DNA of 64,000 bases from Toensbergia leucococca. Lineage: Eukaryota. The notes under the pieces are model-generated. The model ran no database searches. It was given only the letters and a program-made list of their open reading frames with translations, and was not told the origin of the DNA. The stretch lies in assembly GCA_022813965.1 (NCBI GenBank), contig JALDZS010000104.1, forward strand, positions 1 to 64,000. Reading direction: 5' to 3'. Below, piece after piece: positions 26,557 through 39,733 of this stretch. Each line of letters starts with the position of its first letter. The first letter of the stretch is position 1. Position numbers and translations under genes: made by a program.

Positions 26557-28899
26557 ATCAATATAATTTGCGGTTTTGATTTCTGAAAAAGTTTGATCTA
26601 AAAAAACTTAGAGATGAAAACTCAGCGGTTCTAAAAGAAGAGAAGAATTCAATGAAGCTGTAGACCACAATGTGAATAGAAGAGAAATACGTAATAGCCC
26701 CCTCATGCTGATGACGGTGAATAGTGATCTAGACTTGTCATGGTGCTTGCTCAAGTTGTAGATAGAAGTATTGAAGATGCTAGACATACTCTAGTACTCA
26801 TAAGCTCAAGAACCCTCACTTCATTGACAGACTTCATAGTCTAGCTTTGACAGGACCTTTATAGGAGCAGATGAGATGAGACACCAATCTTAGAGGGAGT
26901 CAGAGAAACAATTTTCAGAAATTCAAAGGTTTAGATGATCTTGAAAGTATTTGAGTGAAGATACATGTGCGGACTCAATCATGTGATCTCTGCTATGTGA
27001 ATATTTTAACAAATTTCTTCACTCAGTAAAGAATGAGGTTGAAAGTATATAAAACTGCATGGCTCCTTGATAGCTGTAAAGTCATTGTCTTCTGCGCTGA
27101 ATTGACATTGAATTCAGACTAGGCTAAACTCTCAATGATGATGACACAATGGTACAACGGGCTGATGTCCTTTCTATCTGACTGTTTCAATTACCTTGAG
27201 TCTATGACTAGCATTCATCCAATGAAGCTTGTTCCGAAGAGAGTTCATCCTGTTCATTCTCATCAAAGAGCTATTCATCCTTCAACTTCATCACATCTGA
27301 CAGAAGTCAAATCCGTGTGCTTATCTCATAAGTCACAACTTAAACGTCAATGAAACTTCATCTCTCTTTCTAAACCTTCTACATTCTCAAGAGGTACTCA
27401 TGAAAGAAGTATCTTTTTGACAAAGCCTTAGCGGCGTGTCTTATCCTGCCTCACAAACAGCCGGCTCTGAAGGGGTACTCATATAGTTTGAAAAAATAAC
27501 CTACTATATATATAGTCAATATAAGTATCGCAAGATACCGGTATGAAAGGACATGCACCTCAATCATATGGTTCCTCATCATACTCTAGCGGTGAAGATT
27601 GCAGGTTGAACAGTCGGCTGATCCCCTCCCCTTCCCTTTTTTCTCTTCCCTGCCATTCTAAACTGATGATGCTTGATAGATGTGGATATGTGACCCAGCT
27701 TTTGTGGAGTTCACCGGTGTAAAATGCCCGACAGAGATGTCCGGATGGGCCATGGTCCGGAGAATGCGGAAGGGATAGTGTAGATTCCTCCTGCTACTGA
27801 ATTCGCTCGTCACGAGCGGTAAGTTGATTCTTTGATATTTGAGGATGAGGACTTACCTTATTCAGTCTTACTAGCAGGAATTTCTTCATTTCCTTCGCTT
27901 CTTCAGTCATCATCATCATTTATCAAGTGCCAAGCGCATCATGGCATCATCCACCTCTAATCTCAATGGCCCCCCTTTCCTCTCATCAGCCTGCGTGACG
28001 CTACCGCTCGGCTGGCTCACATCCGGGAAACCCCCGGCCTCCTTCTCACTGAGGATGCAGAGATTGCCGCCATCTGTCAAGCGTTCCAGCGTGTTGGGAC
28101 CATCGTTGACAGCGTCAACCATCATCTTCAAGGTCCTCCTGACCTTCGGTTTCTGGAATGTTGCGGCAAAGGTGTCTTCACCCTGTAGACTAGGGGCTCT
28201 GCACACTGAAAAAAGCAGCTACTATTCATCTTCAACCACTTTATAGCTCATGGACTGGAGTCAGTACATCGGAAATATGGAAGTCTCCGCATCACGACCG
28301 TTATAGTCCTAAACCGAATATTAATTACTCTACGCACGTTCCCTTCAAACACATTCGTGTGTACGATGTCCGAAAGGGAGGGTTGGAGTCTCCACTCCAC
28401 AATTGCATTCTGGCGTCAGTCTGATACCACGTTCGCTAGAAAAATCGTATCAAGATTCCATTGGAAGTTTGGACACCATCACCGTCAATAAAAAGGTCTC
28501 ACTATGCATTCCAATATGTAAATTGCTGTGGGCTCTTCCCTGGACGACATCACAGCTAGTCACCAGTGAAAGCTGAGCCTGTGGTAAGTATCCTCATGGG
28601 AAAGACACCGACTACTCCAAGAGCACATTGATACTCTGCAGTCAGTTTGAAGATCACATGAGCGAGAACGACCTTCACACCAGTGACAGCGGCATCTTTA
28701 CCCTGGCCATTTCCAGCGGTCGAGGTGTAAATGGAATGTGGATAAAGTTGTCATCGACAACATTTTCTGTCGCCCCAAATCATCATCATAACCTTTTATA
28801 TGGATTCAAGCTCTTACCTAGGCGACGCCCTAGCTGAGAGTGTGAATAGAACCGAAGTCAGCTCCGGCCAAGCTTTCCTCGCACTTGTCTATCTTCTTA

Positions 28900-30145
28900 T
28901 TGGCTCCGGTCTCTTATTCGATCTCACAAGCGTAACAAGCATAATATAAACGACTGCGACCTCTCTTTGAGACGCCATTACAGCCGAATCCGTGAACAGG
29001 TTTGACTGCAACAGTGCAAAGGGCACAGCGAAGGCCAGTCAAGCCCTCATCCTCACGCCCGAAGGTTTTGTCAGCTTCGGCCTCTTTGTTTTGGCGTGCT
29101 TTGTGATAAAGGTACGTACATTGCAACATCTCGTAGATCAAGAGCTTTCTGAGCCAAGTTGATTTCATCAGTAGAAATCCTTTCATTGGTGAGTCGATCT
29201 TGCGGCGTTCCACGACAAAGCTATTTTCCCTACTCCACCTCCTGAAACCATCATTGCGAGCTATACCCCGTACTGATAACATCCATATAACACCACAAGA
29301 GACTTGTTTAGAATACTCACAGACAGGGTTCATCATAATACATAAGCCACGTCTCCGCAAATCTCCGTCAATCGCTCCGCTTTCCGATGGGCAATGGCTA
29401 ATACATTCCCCATACTCAGATCGCGGGACTCGATTCTCGGCCACCATGCTCATACTTCCCAATCGGTCACACCTCTCCGGTATTGCTTTCGGTTTCGCGT
29501 CTCCCCCAGCAAACAGCCTCGCAGTCCTAGGCTCGATACTTGTAGCAACATTACATTGGCGCTGATCCAGAAATTGCACTCGAAGATTTCCCTCAAGTAG
29601 ATACGACGGTTAGATAAAACGCAGAGTTTTTCTCCATAAAATTCTGCGTAATTGGGCGGACCACAAGGATATATCCGGAATGTATCAAGCCAATATTACG
29701 GTGATGGTATGGTTATCGCCTGCCTCTCGAATGGTGGAAAACCCTTTTCGGGTTCCCATTCTGGGCCGATTCTCCACAGAAAAATGACTTGAATTCGAAT
29801 AGAAGTCCAGAACCCGCCAAATTTGACTGATGTGGAAGACAATCCAAGCTGGGTTCAAGTTCAAGATCGTCCAAGCTCCACAGATCCATCAAAACACACA
29901 TGGTCACAGAACAATTTCTATCTCAGGTAAAGGAAAGATCTTCTGAGGAGCTAATGTAAAAGTGCCCGAAATTTTCCAGACTCATCAGCATTGACCTAGA
30001 TGCCGTAGAGTCCCTTGAGAGCAGTATTTGGCACGAAATCGCTGAGGTTTACGATATGCGTGCCTAGTACAAATATGTAGCTTTGCTACAATTTCCTAGC
30101 TTCAAGTGGTCGAGGCAGTGGAGCTAGAATATCAGCTCGAGCCAT
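28900..30145 (-). pseudogene. Decayed gene relic, possibly of the FPFL.LP.EIR (F-box/2EXR-like) ascomycete class
   Basis: Frame-shifted minus-strand fragments PQKIFPLPEIE and AEFYGEKL, with many stops. Confidence 0.25.
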
Positions 30146-32139
30146 GCTTGTCATTCATTCTCCATGCAGGCTCCATCTTGCTCTACGTGGCGAGGTTGAA
30201 TGCTCCAACTGTCCCAGATATAATGCTGCCTTTTTGATCCTGCTGGAGATCCTCACTACATCTTCTTGCCGATGCATGGGAGTGTCCGCGCCCTAAGTGA
30301 GGAAAACCAGTTTTCAGCCTTGTTATTCCGCGACGCGAGCATTGTCATGCACGCGTCGCCCGGGTTCAAAAATCGGCTAAGCACCCAAGAAGACCTACCA
30401 AAGATATGTACGGTTCCGACCGTGAGGATCTTAACGATAGTGACGATGGCGAGGTGACGGAGATTTCAGACTTCGAGTCGAAGCCGAAAACACCCTCTTC
30501 TGTCGCATGAAGACAAATGAAGACAAATGAAGACGAGGAAAGTGCTCTAATATTGGAATCGAGACCTAGAAGTGTGATTTCGCGATTGTGTGTGTTTCCA
30601 ATTTTTTTGGTAGGCATCGCTGACTTCTCGAATAGGGACCGGACTTGTATACTGCTGCCTGCTCCTTTAGTTTTCCCCCGACACTTCATGAGGCGATGTG
30701 CCTACGCTGCTCAAAGCGTATTGCGGAGGCCAAATCATCCGCAACTCTCAGCTGTCCTATCTTCCAACATTTGCCCCTATCAAACATGATATCCTACAGA
30801 AAAGGCGGTCAATGCAATAAAAAAGGTAAGATGGGCAATGTAAAGACATGCCTGCTGCAGACCACGTCTGGAAAGAAAGCGACAAGAGATACCGATGGGA
30901 TGCCATCGACTCCAGCGCTATTGGGCGAATGATAATAGCCTCTCCAAGCATGTTTCAAACGTATTCATTGGTATATCAAAGACCTCCGACTTCAGATAGG
31001 CTGCCTTCTTATGTTCTGCAGAATGCCGAGTACCGCTGGGGGAAAGAGGGCCTCCGCAAATGCACCTGTTGTAAAGACCAGCGGCAGTCATGCATATCGG
31101 TGAGTGCCCTAAGATGATGCGTAGACGTGGCTTATTGGAATTAAATTCTGAATCCCTACATGGTACAAAGTTGCCCCAAGGAAAATGCTGTCCGAAAATC
31201 TTGTTCTCAATGAAATACCCTCCAAGTACGAACCTAAGGAAAATCTTATGAGGCCGCAGGTATCACAGAAAGCTCGTTCTTCCCGATCAAGAATAGCGAA
31301 CGACACGACCAGAAAATGTAATCAGAATGAATGAGTATAGACCCTTGAGAGTCCAAAAAATCCAAAGATCGGAGAAATACGAAGTCAGCTTTGAAACCGT
31401 ACAAAAGCTCCACCATCTGCTTTTGTAGGAGGGAAAAAAGTCCCGTCACGGGCAACTTCAGTTATTTCGTCGAAGTCTGCCGGTCAACATCACCTGCACG
31501 AAGCTCCCCCTAGTCCATGGGGTTTTATTTCTTCTCATCATACTAACATACCTTCCCCGCTGGCGAACCGCACGGCACCACCATTGATAGAGAGTGTTAG
31601 TGAAGAAGAAGATAGAGCTCGGTTTGTTAGACAATGAGCTCGAAGCTGAAGTACCAGCGTTTCGCAGCTTCGTTGATACCACGGAATTCTGATACTTTCA
31701 GGCGATTGGCTGAATCTATTGCATTGATCAATGTTCCCATCTCCAGTGACACGATTCCTGGCATGAGTGGACAGATGTGGTCAACCTCAAGGCCAAATAT
31801 TGCTTTCGAAAGCACTGGCCCGGGTCCAAGAAAGAGTGCGAGAAGTTGGTGATTAGAAGGGTCATCACTTCCGCTGTCCAATTAACTCGATATAACATAA
31901 GATAAGTATATATTAAATGTCAGAAACTTTCTCCAAAAATTACCCATAGTATCTTGTGTTTCCGACAAAGCCAAAGATATAAACGGGGACAATAGTGCAA
32001 CTAACAGAGTAACGAAACAGCAACCACGCATGGATATAAGTCTTTCAAGGCAGAGGCGAGACTCATCATTGACTTCTATAGACCACTGTGTCTTTGGGCA
32101 AGTAATCTACAATAATTCAACACACTTGAGTCTCCGGAG

Positions 32140-32900
32140 CCGATTTGAGTTCCTTTGCTATAGCCACGGCCGCCAATGTCAAGCGTGGAGGTGCTGTGCT
32201 TCTTTACAAAGCACTCAAAAATCGCCGATCGCAGTTGGTGGTCTTTAATGAGGCTGCTTCTATTGAGTTACAGCCTCAGAGGGACTATGACACATTCCTG
32301 AATCTCATTGATGATGAGGATGTCAATAAGGGTGTCAACAAGGAGCCGGTAGAATTACCGAACGATCACCCAAATGAAGATAGGGAAGATGGTAAACTTT
32401 CTCCCAGTTCTATTTCCACCGTCACCCCTACACCTACTCCTATCTCCATCATAGCTCCTACAGCCACTCCGGCTGTCGCCCCAGTTCGGGCAAGTTCACG
32501 AGCTGAGCGAGTTGACTATGGGAAGTTGGTAGATCCATGGAAGAAGCATAGGGGGCATTAGCTCTTTCCCTGCGTGCTTGCAAGGCCCGACTAGCGGAAG
32601 ATGACATACCTCTCACCTGGACGGAAGCTATGGCTACCACTCAGTGGGAGCAATAGCTAAAAGTGGCCGAGAATGAGATGAAATTCCAAACGAAAAGCGG
32701 AACATGGAAACTGGTGAAATGACCTGGCTTGCTACTCAGGTAAGACGGTAATACCAGGACGCTGGGTATCAGTATAGAACGAGATGCTCGAGGTGAAATT
32801 ATCAAGTACAAGGCTCGCTGGTATGCAATGGTTTCCGTCAGGTCAACGGTGTGGACTGTGATAAGACATACGCCTCAGTAGTCAAGTCCATGATCTGTCT
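32140..32900 (+). mobile_element. Ty1/copia pol fragment (integrase tail to reverse-transcriptase N-terminus), frameshifted
   Basis: SQLVVFNE (cf. SRDVVFNE), IPLTWTEAM...ENEM...GTWKLV, DARGEIIKYKARW, then GFRQVNGVDCDKTYASVVKS: canonical copia RT start motifs. Confidence 0.85.
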
Positions 32901-33248
32901 GGAAATCCTTTCCAGCCCTGGGGTCTAAGGTCTCACCATCGGCATCCTGCTCGCGATTTTGTTGTTCTTGCTCGTCCGAGGTAAACACACTCCTACTCGG
33001 ATTCATATGTTCGATTTGGAATGAAAGGCTTCGGAGGACCTCGATAGGCGTGGTCAAATGTACAGGCGTATATAATTGATCGAGCGAGGTTCGGTGGGCA
33101 TCGAAGGCCCACAAGCCGTACAGAGATAAGTCTCTTAACGTTGGCGGAAATGCGGCGTGGAAGGGAAGTTCAAGAACAGTTGTTAGACACCATGAGGTGG
33201 AATGTAAGTCCCACCTTTACGCTGATGCTTGGATAGCGTTAACAGGGT

Positions 33249-33758
33249 GTGTCACAGCTCAACCTACCAGCCCTAACCAGCGCGGTACTTAACATTCCGG
33301 CGGCGGGGACACCACGATCCTTAGCACGAATTGTCAAGGATACTCACTCATCAAACTCAATGATGTATCTCAACGTGGTCACGAGGGTGCCCGAAATTAA
33401 TGTCACCCGTCACGCTTCTTCAGAGCGCTCAGCCCGCCGCATCACCGCCCGCCGCACTCACAAGAGACGAGTACATGAAAGCGACGAGGGTGAAGAGGAA
33501 CGGGACATGTTGTTCGTTGCTGAGAAGAGCACGGATGACGAAGAGGACGAAGAGTCCTCTTCATCAAGTGATAGTCAAGGTGGGGGGGCCCATGAGGACG
33601 TACCTCCGGCCCCCCGGAGGAAGCGAAAGACGGCCCCCACAACGACGATTCGGAAGCGTGTGACTAGCGGCCCGGCGACGAAAGCAAAGGAAAAGAAGGC
33701 CGCAGCACCAAAGGCCGCCAAATCCTTGAAGCCGGCGCTTTTTCGAATGGAAAAGTAA
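33249..33758 (+). CDS. Hypothetical low-complexity protein (acidic tract followed by basic, NLS-like tract); start uncertain
   Basis: 169-codon open frame containing STDDEEDEESSSSS and PRRKRK...KEKKAAAPKAAK. No family recognised. Confidence 0.3.
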   Translation: MSQLNLPALTSAVLNIPAAGTPRSLARIVKDTHSSNSMMYLNVVTRVPEINVTRHASSERSARRITARRTHKRRVHESDEGEEERDMLFVAEKSTDDEEDEESSSSSDSQGGGAHEDVPPAPRRKRKTAPTTTIRKRVTSGPATKAKEKKAAAPKAAKSLKPALFRMEK

Positions 33759-35500
33759 CCGCTATGCACTTTTGGGATAAAGCTCATCGCGATGTGAGAC
33801 CCTCAGACCAGAAAATTTTCGAGCTTGTACAGACAGGAGGTAATTATTCACTTGCTGCTTGGGGTAGCAAACTCATACATGTTACAAACCGGTCATGGGC
33901 GAAAGGCATCTGATTTCGATTCAGAGCCTACCCAGAGCAAGCAAACAGACTTTGCAATCCCGAGCCTTCAGCTCTTGAAAAGACATCTGATCTGGACGAC
34001 GACATAACTTATACATAATCACATTAAAAATGACAGCAACAGAGAGGCGATCATAACAACCAACGAAGTAGATATGTTGCACTTCTTCCTTTGATCCAAC
34101 ATCTCTCATCAATATTAGAGTCAGTAATAAGCCGTCGAGACCAAATTGTATCTCCGATAATGCCGTCTGAGACTGGGAGAAAATCTCGGCCTTGGAAGTT
34201 GATCCACTAGAAGGAGGGCCTGGCCCATGTCTTTCTACCATGTGTTCTCATCGCCAAATTTAGGACAATCTGCATTATTCCCGTGGGCCTTGTGGAGCAG
34301 CGTACAGATGCTCGCAAGTCCCCAAGGCAAATCGTATCTCTATATGAGACAGTTTCTTTCAAGATTATAAAGATAATCTCGTGGATGTGTTCGTGCTGTG
34401 ATCGACCATCTTTGCCGCGTATCCTACTCCCTACTACCGAGCTTCTTACTCCCTCCATATTTCCTGACAATCATTAATAAAGAAACTTAAAACATATATA
34501 TATGGGGGCTATGATTAGCCTTGAGGCAAGATACTTCAGGGCCTTCCCACAAGAGACACCCTTCTGGGTTTCCTTCAGGAAGGACGATGAAGGAGTACTG
34601 AAGATGTGGAGTAAAGCAATACGACTTCTATTGCGCAGCAAATGCTTGAATACATGAACCTACCTCTTCATAGACAATAGCTGAATATATGTCCGGTTCC
34701 GCGGGAGACGTTCAAAGTCATGGGCGGAAGCGCCGTTTGTGCAATACCCTGTTGGTATTGGTATTAACAACGGCGGGAGCTGAATTCGATCGTGGTGGGA
34801 AGAAGAACAGAAAATCTTCAAGAAGCTCTGGCGACTGTCACTGACTGTACGTAAGTTCCTGCTCTCCAAGTCATAGTTCTTTTCTGTTTTTGTTGTTGTT
34901 GATCATGTTCTGTTGATGTTGACTAAATTGTAATGGCCATCGATAATACGGAGAATGCGAGGAGATTTTCAAGACTGCAGGAAGAAACGCAGGTTCCACA
35001 ATATCTCGTCGGTCTTGGAATTGTTGATGGTGATAGATTGAATGAATTGTGGTTGAAAGCTCTGAGTCTATAATCAGTACTTGACATACTCAAGAGTTTA
35101 CCCTAGGTACAGCAATATGCAAGTGTCTTCAACTCACCTTCTAAATCCCAAGCCCTAGACGATTAACATTCAATTGCTACACGTAAGATGAAGCGTGCCA
35201 GGGCCTATGCTTCTTCTGATTCAACACTTGGTCCCTACGCGTTCGCATTTTCTTGGACACCCTACAAGCGAGTTGCTTCATACCACAGATACTTCGACTT
35301 TTCTTTCAGCCCATCTTAATTACTCTTCTCGACTACTTTCGACATTCCGAACAATCTTTTCATCTGAGTATTTCCTTCTGTTGCCTCACCTATACGACTC
35401 AACCTCGCTCTATCTTCTTTGACAGACAACAGATTGAAGAGACGGCACTCCTCATAACATTCTCACCTCGTATATAAATAATATCCTCAGTACCTGTAGA

Positions 35501-37158
35501 ATGGCTAATGCAGGGATACCATGGCAATTGACAGCCGAATATCTCGCTGCAGCAAATAGAGTCATACCTCCAGGCGGTACGACAGATTGTGGTATGAGGC
35601 GATATGGAACTCAAGCTTGTCGCTGTGTACTGACTTGAATTCAGTTGTCGCTCGGCTTGTTGGATCTTCGCCGTCTGATGTAATGTCTTTTGTGTTTGGG
35701 TAAGACAAGATTCTCTTAACACCCGGCTCTCAAGCATGATAATGACAAGCGACGTGAAGGCAAGCCTCTTGGTCCGACGACCATATGCCAAACGTAAGAC
35801 TTCCCTGAAATCTTGTACAACAGTCACTGTGGCTGATTCTTGCGTTAGATACTTTATCAACTTGAATTTACAAGAGAATAGACGATTTTCAAGAATTCAG
35901 GGCTCCCGCAACAAAAGAGGGATACGAATGGCGCTCTTCTATTTGAGGCCTATCCAGCTCCTGGACATGCCCCTAGGAAAATCTTGGATTTTCCAATCAT
36001 GCCAGACAAGGTGATATCTTCTTCCTGGTTTATTGCTTGACCTAATTGGATTCAGATTGGCACTCAGGAAATTTGGTGGTGGTTGGAAGCATTGCGGCGA
36101 CTTGATCCACGTATCAGATGGACAGACATAACGATGCGGATGGAACGAAGGAATCGTCCGAATGAAAACGCCCTCAACATGTTGGCCAGTCGGTCTATGC
36201 GGCCACTGTACAAGATGCTTTCATGGCATACAAAGGGGAGGGTTGCCACCATCAACACGAGAAGAGCCGCGGTCCTAGCGCAATTGACCCCGGCTCAGAT
36301 CGCAGCCAACACCACCAGAGGCAGCACACCCGGCCTTATCAACCCGGCTCTCGGAGAAATCGGTGGAAGAATTCCGCATCCTGTTCTTCGGACTGGCCAA
36401 GGCGTACAGCGTGGAAGCCGAAGGCCACGTTCGGAGGCAACCACAAGCTCTTCTGACGATGAAGTTTCCGTCGTGAGGCAAAGCAGCATCGACGATAAGA
36501 GCTGCGAGGGGGAAGAGAAACAAGAGGAAAACGAGGGAGAGACTGACAGTACAGTGAGTAAATCTGACAAGTCACCTTACCAGACGTGTTGCGATGTGCT
36601 GAGTTGCACTTTTTCAAGGACTCGAATTCCTTTACAGCAGTCGAGGTTAGTGACAGATCTCCCGATGAAAAAAGTCCTAGACTCGACAACGCAGAGGAGA
36701 GTGAGAATATCACGCAAACAGCAAGAGAAGACCAAGATGCAGGCAGCCGCCAAGCGATATTGGGTCAAATATGCCTCCAGTCAACCACTCCAAGGCCGGT
36801 CCAAGTACCACGTGCTTCAAACCGACGAGTGGTTACCGTCGACATGTTGAGAGCACAATCTACAACAGCGCCTCACAGGTCCGCCCCTGTGGCACAGATG
36901 GTTGATCCTAGTATTCAAACTCTTGACAGCACTCCCTCTACATTGCGTCTAGGCTCAACGACCAAAGTACATGGTAAACGCAAGCGCGCCGTGGAGGACC
37001 AAGGTGAGAATCCTTCCACGAGGAGCAGAAATAACGACCAAAACTCAATGGTAGAAGACATCGATGCGTATTTCGACATGGACGCCTTGAGCAATGGGCC
37101 TTTCGTCCCGGGCCCGTTTTTTCATGATAGCTGGCAATCGCACATGTCGAATAGCTGA
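35501..37158 (+). pseudogene. Paralogue A of an unrecognised family; 6 exons (35501-35591, 35645-35699, 35760-35793, 35849-36010, 36056-36553, 36619-37158), ~459 codons with one in-frame TAG at 35879-35881
   Basis: The spliced translation aligns colinearly with the gene at 38351-39733 from the first Met through NTTRGSTPGLINP.LGE.GGRIP. All five GT-AG introns keep the frame. Confidence 0.75.
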
Positions 37159-38350
37159 ATTGCTCGTCAAAGGAAGATGGCCGCTGCTAGCGAGTCGCCG
37201 AAGCAGTCGTTGAAGCGACTTGACTACCTATTGTCCATCAAGCCTATGGTTTCGACCCTCTGTTCCTTCGCAGGATGACAGCGAGCCATCAAGGTATTAA
37301 ATGGTATGAAGCCAAAACCTCAAAGGTATCCATAAGGAGCGTTACACGGTCTTGCTGGGATGGTTTACCCCCTGAAAATTATCGAAGGTACCTTGAACAT
37401 CCGACGCTGACTAGTCGCGGTCGGTGCCTGCTTCCAGAAGCCAGTCTACACGACAACTAAAGTAGTGTTCATATTCACTCCATACACTACCCGAAGTGTG
37501 GGCAGTTTTGCCCAACACCAAGATTTCTTCTACGACGAAGAATCTAGAGTCTGCAATTGATTTGACTCCTCCTGCATCAATAATACAACAGCACTCATAC
37601 CTTTTTATCCAGCTCTTACCTTGCTAGAGACTTCTCCCTGCTCAATGTATTCAGGGTAGGTGGCGGCCAGTCTTCACAAATTGCAAGCATCCAACCGTTT
37701 TTTTAGTGCATGGGCTCTCCTACAATGGGATCTCAAGTCTCGAAACGGCATGTCGATAATCCAACGCCTTTGCTGATGGACCGAGATATGGGTCGAGGAA
37801 ATATCTTTTTAATTTATTTTGTCGTCGCGGTATTCGTCGTAATATCAGAATACCTCCTACCAACTCTATGTCTGCTTGAGTAACGCAGATACTAAGACTT
37901 ATTGCCGGCGGCGAAGGAAAACACTCAGTAGACCTCATCATTGTGTCAGTGAGCGCAAGTCCCTTGATTTTCATCTTGTTCAAAAGCAAACACTCCCTAT
38001 GATATCGCATGGACTAGCCGATTGGGTTCAAACTGGTCCACCCTCTGCATTCGCAATCGTATGTGAGTGAATTGGCTCGGCTTCTGTAGAGATATATGAG
38101 TTGTAAGATTTGTCGATTCTCTTCGTGCGTTATATGTGTTGAGTGGCTCGACACATATTTGAAACCTGCACTACCTGTCCATCCATAGTTTTGTTCAACA
38201 CTTCCGCAGCTTCAACACCTCCTCTCACATAAGACAAATACTCGTTCGCATCGCTCTTGATCTCTACATCCTCGTTGTGTTCCTTGCAATCCCCAGCAAC
38301 CAGAACAGACCTTTCCTAGGTATCGGAAGCTCGTCTCAGTTCATCTTGAA

Positions 38351-39733
38351 ATGGCCAACAACACAGCAAGATGGGATCAAAGCCAACACTTCCTGGATGC
38401 AACCAGTACGACAATTGCACCTGGAGGAGCAACAGCTTATGGTAAGTCAGACGGGTCCAACGTCCTCTTTGATGTTTACTGAGTCCATGATAGCAATCCC
38501 AAGACGCATTGGTAGCTCTCCAACGGATGTGACATCCTTCCATCCTGGCCAGCAACACTGGACAAAACATTCGATGCCGGACATATTATATCAGCTCGGT
38601 CCCACTGCTGAATGGCACGTATTTAGGGCCTCTAGATTACCCCCACAGAAAGTCGATGCAAATGGGGATTTGGTATTCGAAGCATACCCGGAGGGAAATG
38701 GGGCACCGCGGCCACTCCTTGGATTCAAAGTTTTACCAGACAAGGTTTGCTCTCTGCACTTTACTCGAAGTCGAAATCCAAAGCTAATGCCGCCTAGATT
38801 GGGACAAACGAAGAGTGGTGGTATTTTGAGGCTGTTCGGCGGATAGATCCACGAGTTCGCTGGATAGATATTACAATGCGTATGGAGAGTGGGAACAGGT
38901 CCCACTTCAATGCGATACAGCTACGAGCCTCTCGCACGTGGCGTCCCAAATTCTTCATTCTATCCTGGCACACGAAAGGACGGTTCGCAACCAATAACAA
39001 CAGGGCGTCTGCTATTCGTGGAATGTTAAGCGCCGCTCAGATTGCCACCAACACAACGAGGGGTAGCACGCCGGGGCTGATAAACCCAAGCCTTGGCGAG
39101 CAAGGCGGAAGAATCCCTTTGCCCGACATGAGGGGCCTAGGAGAAGCTCGTCCTAGGAAGGAACCGTCCTCGCCACCTTTGGCTCTGGATAGTGATGAGT
39201 TCTCTAGCGCCAGTGACGATGAGGACATGAGTACAAGTCCAGCGCAAAAGCAGGATGACTTCGAAGATGTCATGGATCTAGACACGTTATCGGGCAGAAG
39301 AATACTTGCTGAGTCATGTCCCGCGCCGGGATTTCGCGGAGAAGAGAGACCCCGACGATCGTCTCCGTCAAGATACACTAGGAGGTCCGCACTGCCCAGC
39401 AACACTGCTGATAAAGGAGATGAGGATGATCTTGACATGCCTTCAGAGATTCGCCTGCAGACTAATACCAGGAGAGCTACTCGTTCCCGACCACACGTTT
39501 CTCTGTGCCCTGGTGACGCAGGCATACGACAACCTGTAGCCAACATGACAGAACCAAAAGATACCACAGATATGCCTGGGGAGGTTGAAAGCATCTCAGC
39601 GGACGATGTGGATTGGCATAGCTGGGTGGAGGAAGAATTCCTTGACCCAACCTCGGAATGGGTTGATCTATTTCGAGCTTGTAGGTCGTTACGCAGCAAG
39701 GAACAGTCCAGCCAGGACCTCTCGGCAAGTTAG
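38351..39733 (+). CDS. Paralogue B of the same unrecognised family; exons 38351-38441, 38494-38744, 38798-39733
   Basis: MANNTARWDQ...LLGFKVLPDK|IGTNEEWWYFEAVRRIDPRVRWIDITMRME...LSWHTKGR...NTTRGSTPGLINPSLGEQGGRIPLP, followed by a disordered acidic tail. The frame is intact. Confidence 0.8.

Larger units (their letters stand above)
14870..27460. mobile_element. Island of nested, RIP-degraded LTR retrotransposons (mostly Ty3/gypsy); boundaries approximate
   Basis: AT-rich, CpG-poor and stop-riddled. Recognisable gag/pol relics are listed separately. Confidence 0.8.

Noticed and set aside
27700..31900. Numerous 60-220 aa ORFs, some with Cys clusters (CLRCSKR, CTCCKDQRQSC)
   Set aside because: I could not assemble a stop-free spliced model or recognise a family, so they are treated as decayed accessory gene relics.
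39037..39699. 220-aa antisense ORF, and similar antisense ORFs over the ABC, GT8 and HeLo genes
   Set aside because: They are shadows of genuine genes on the opposite strand.
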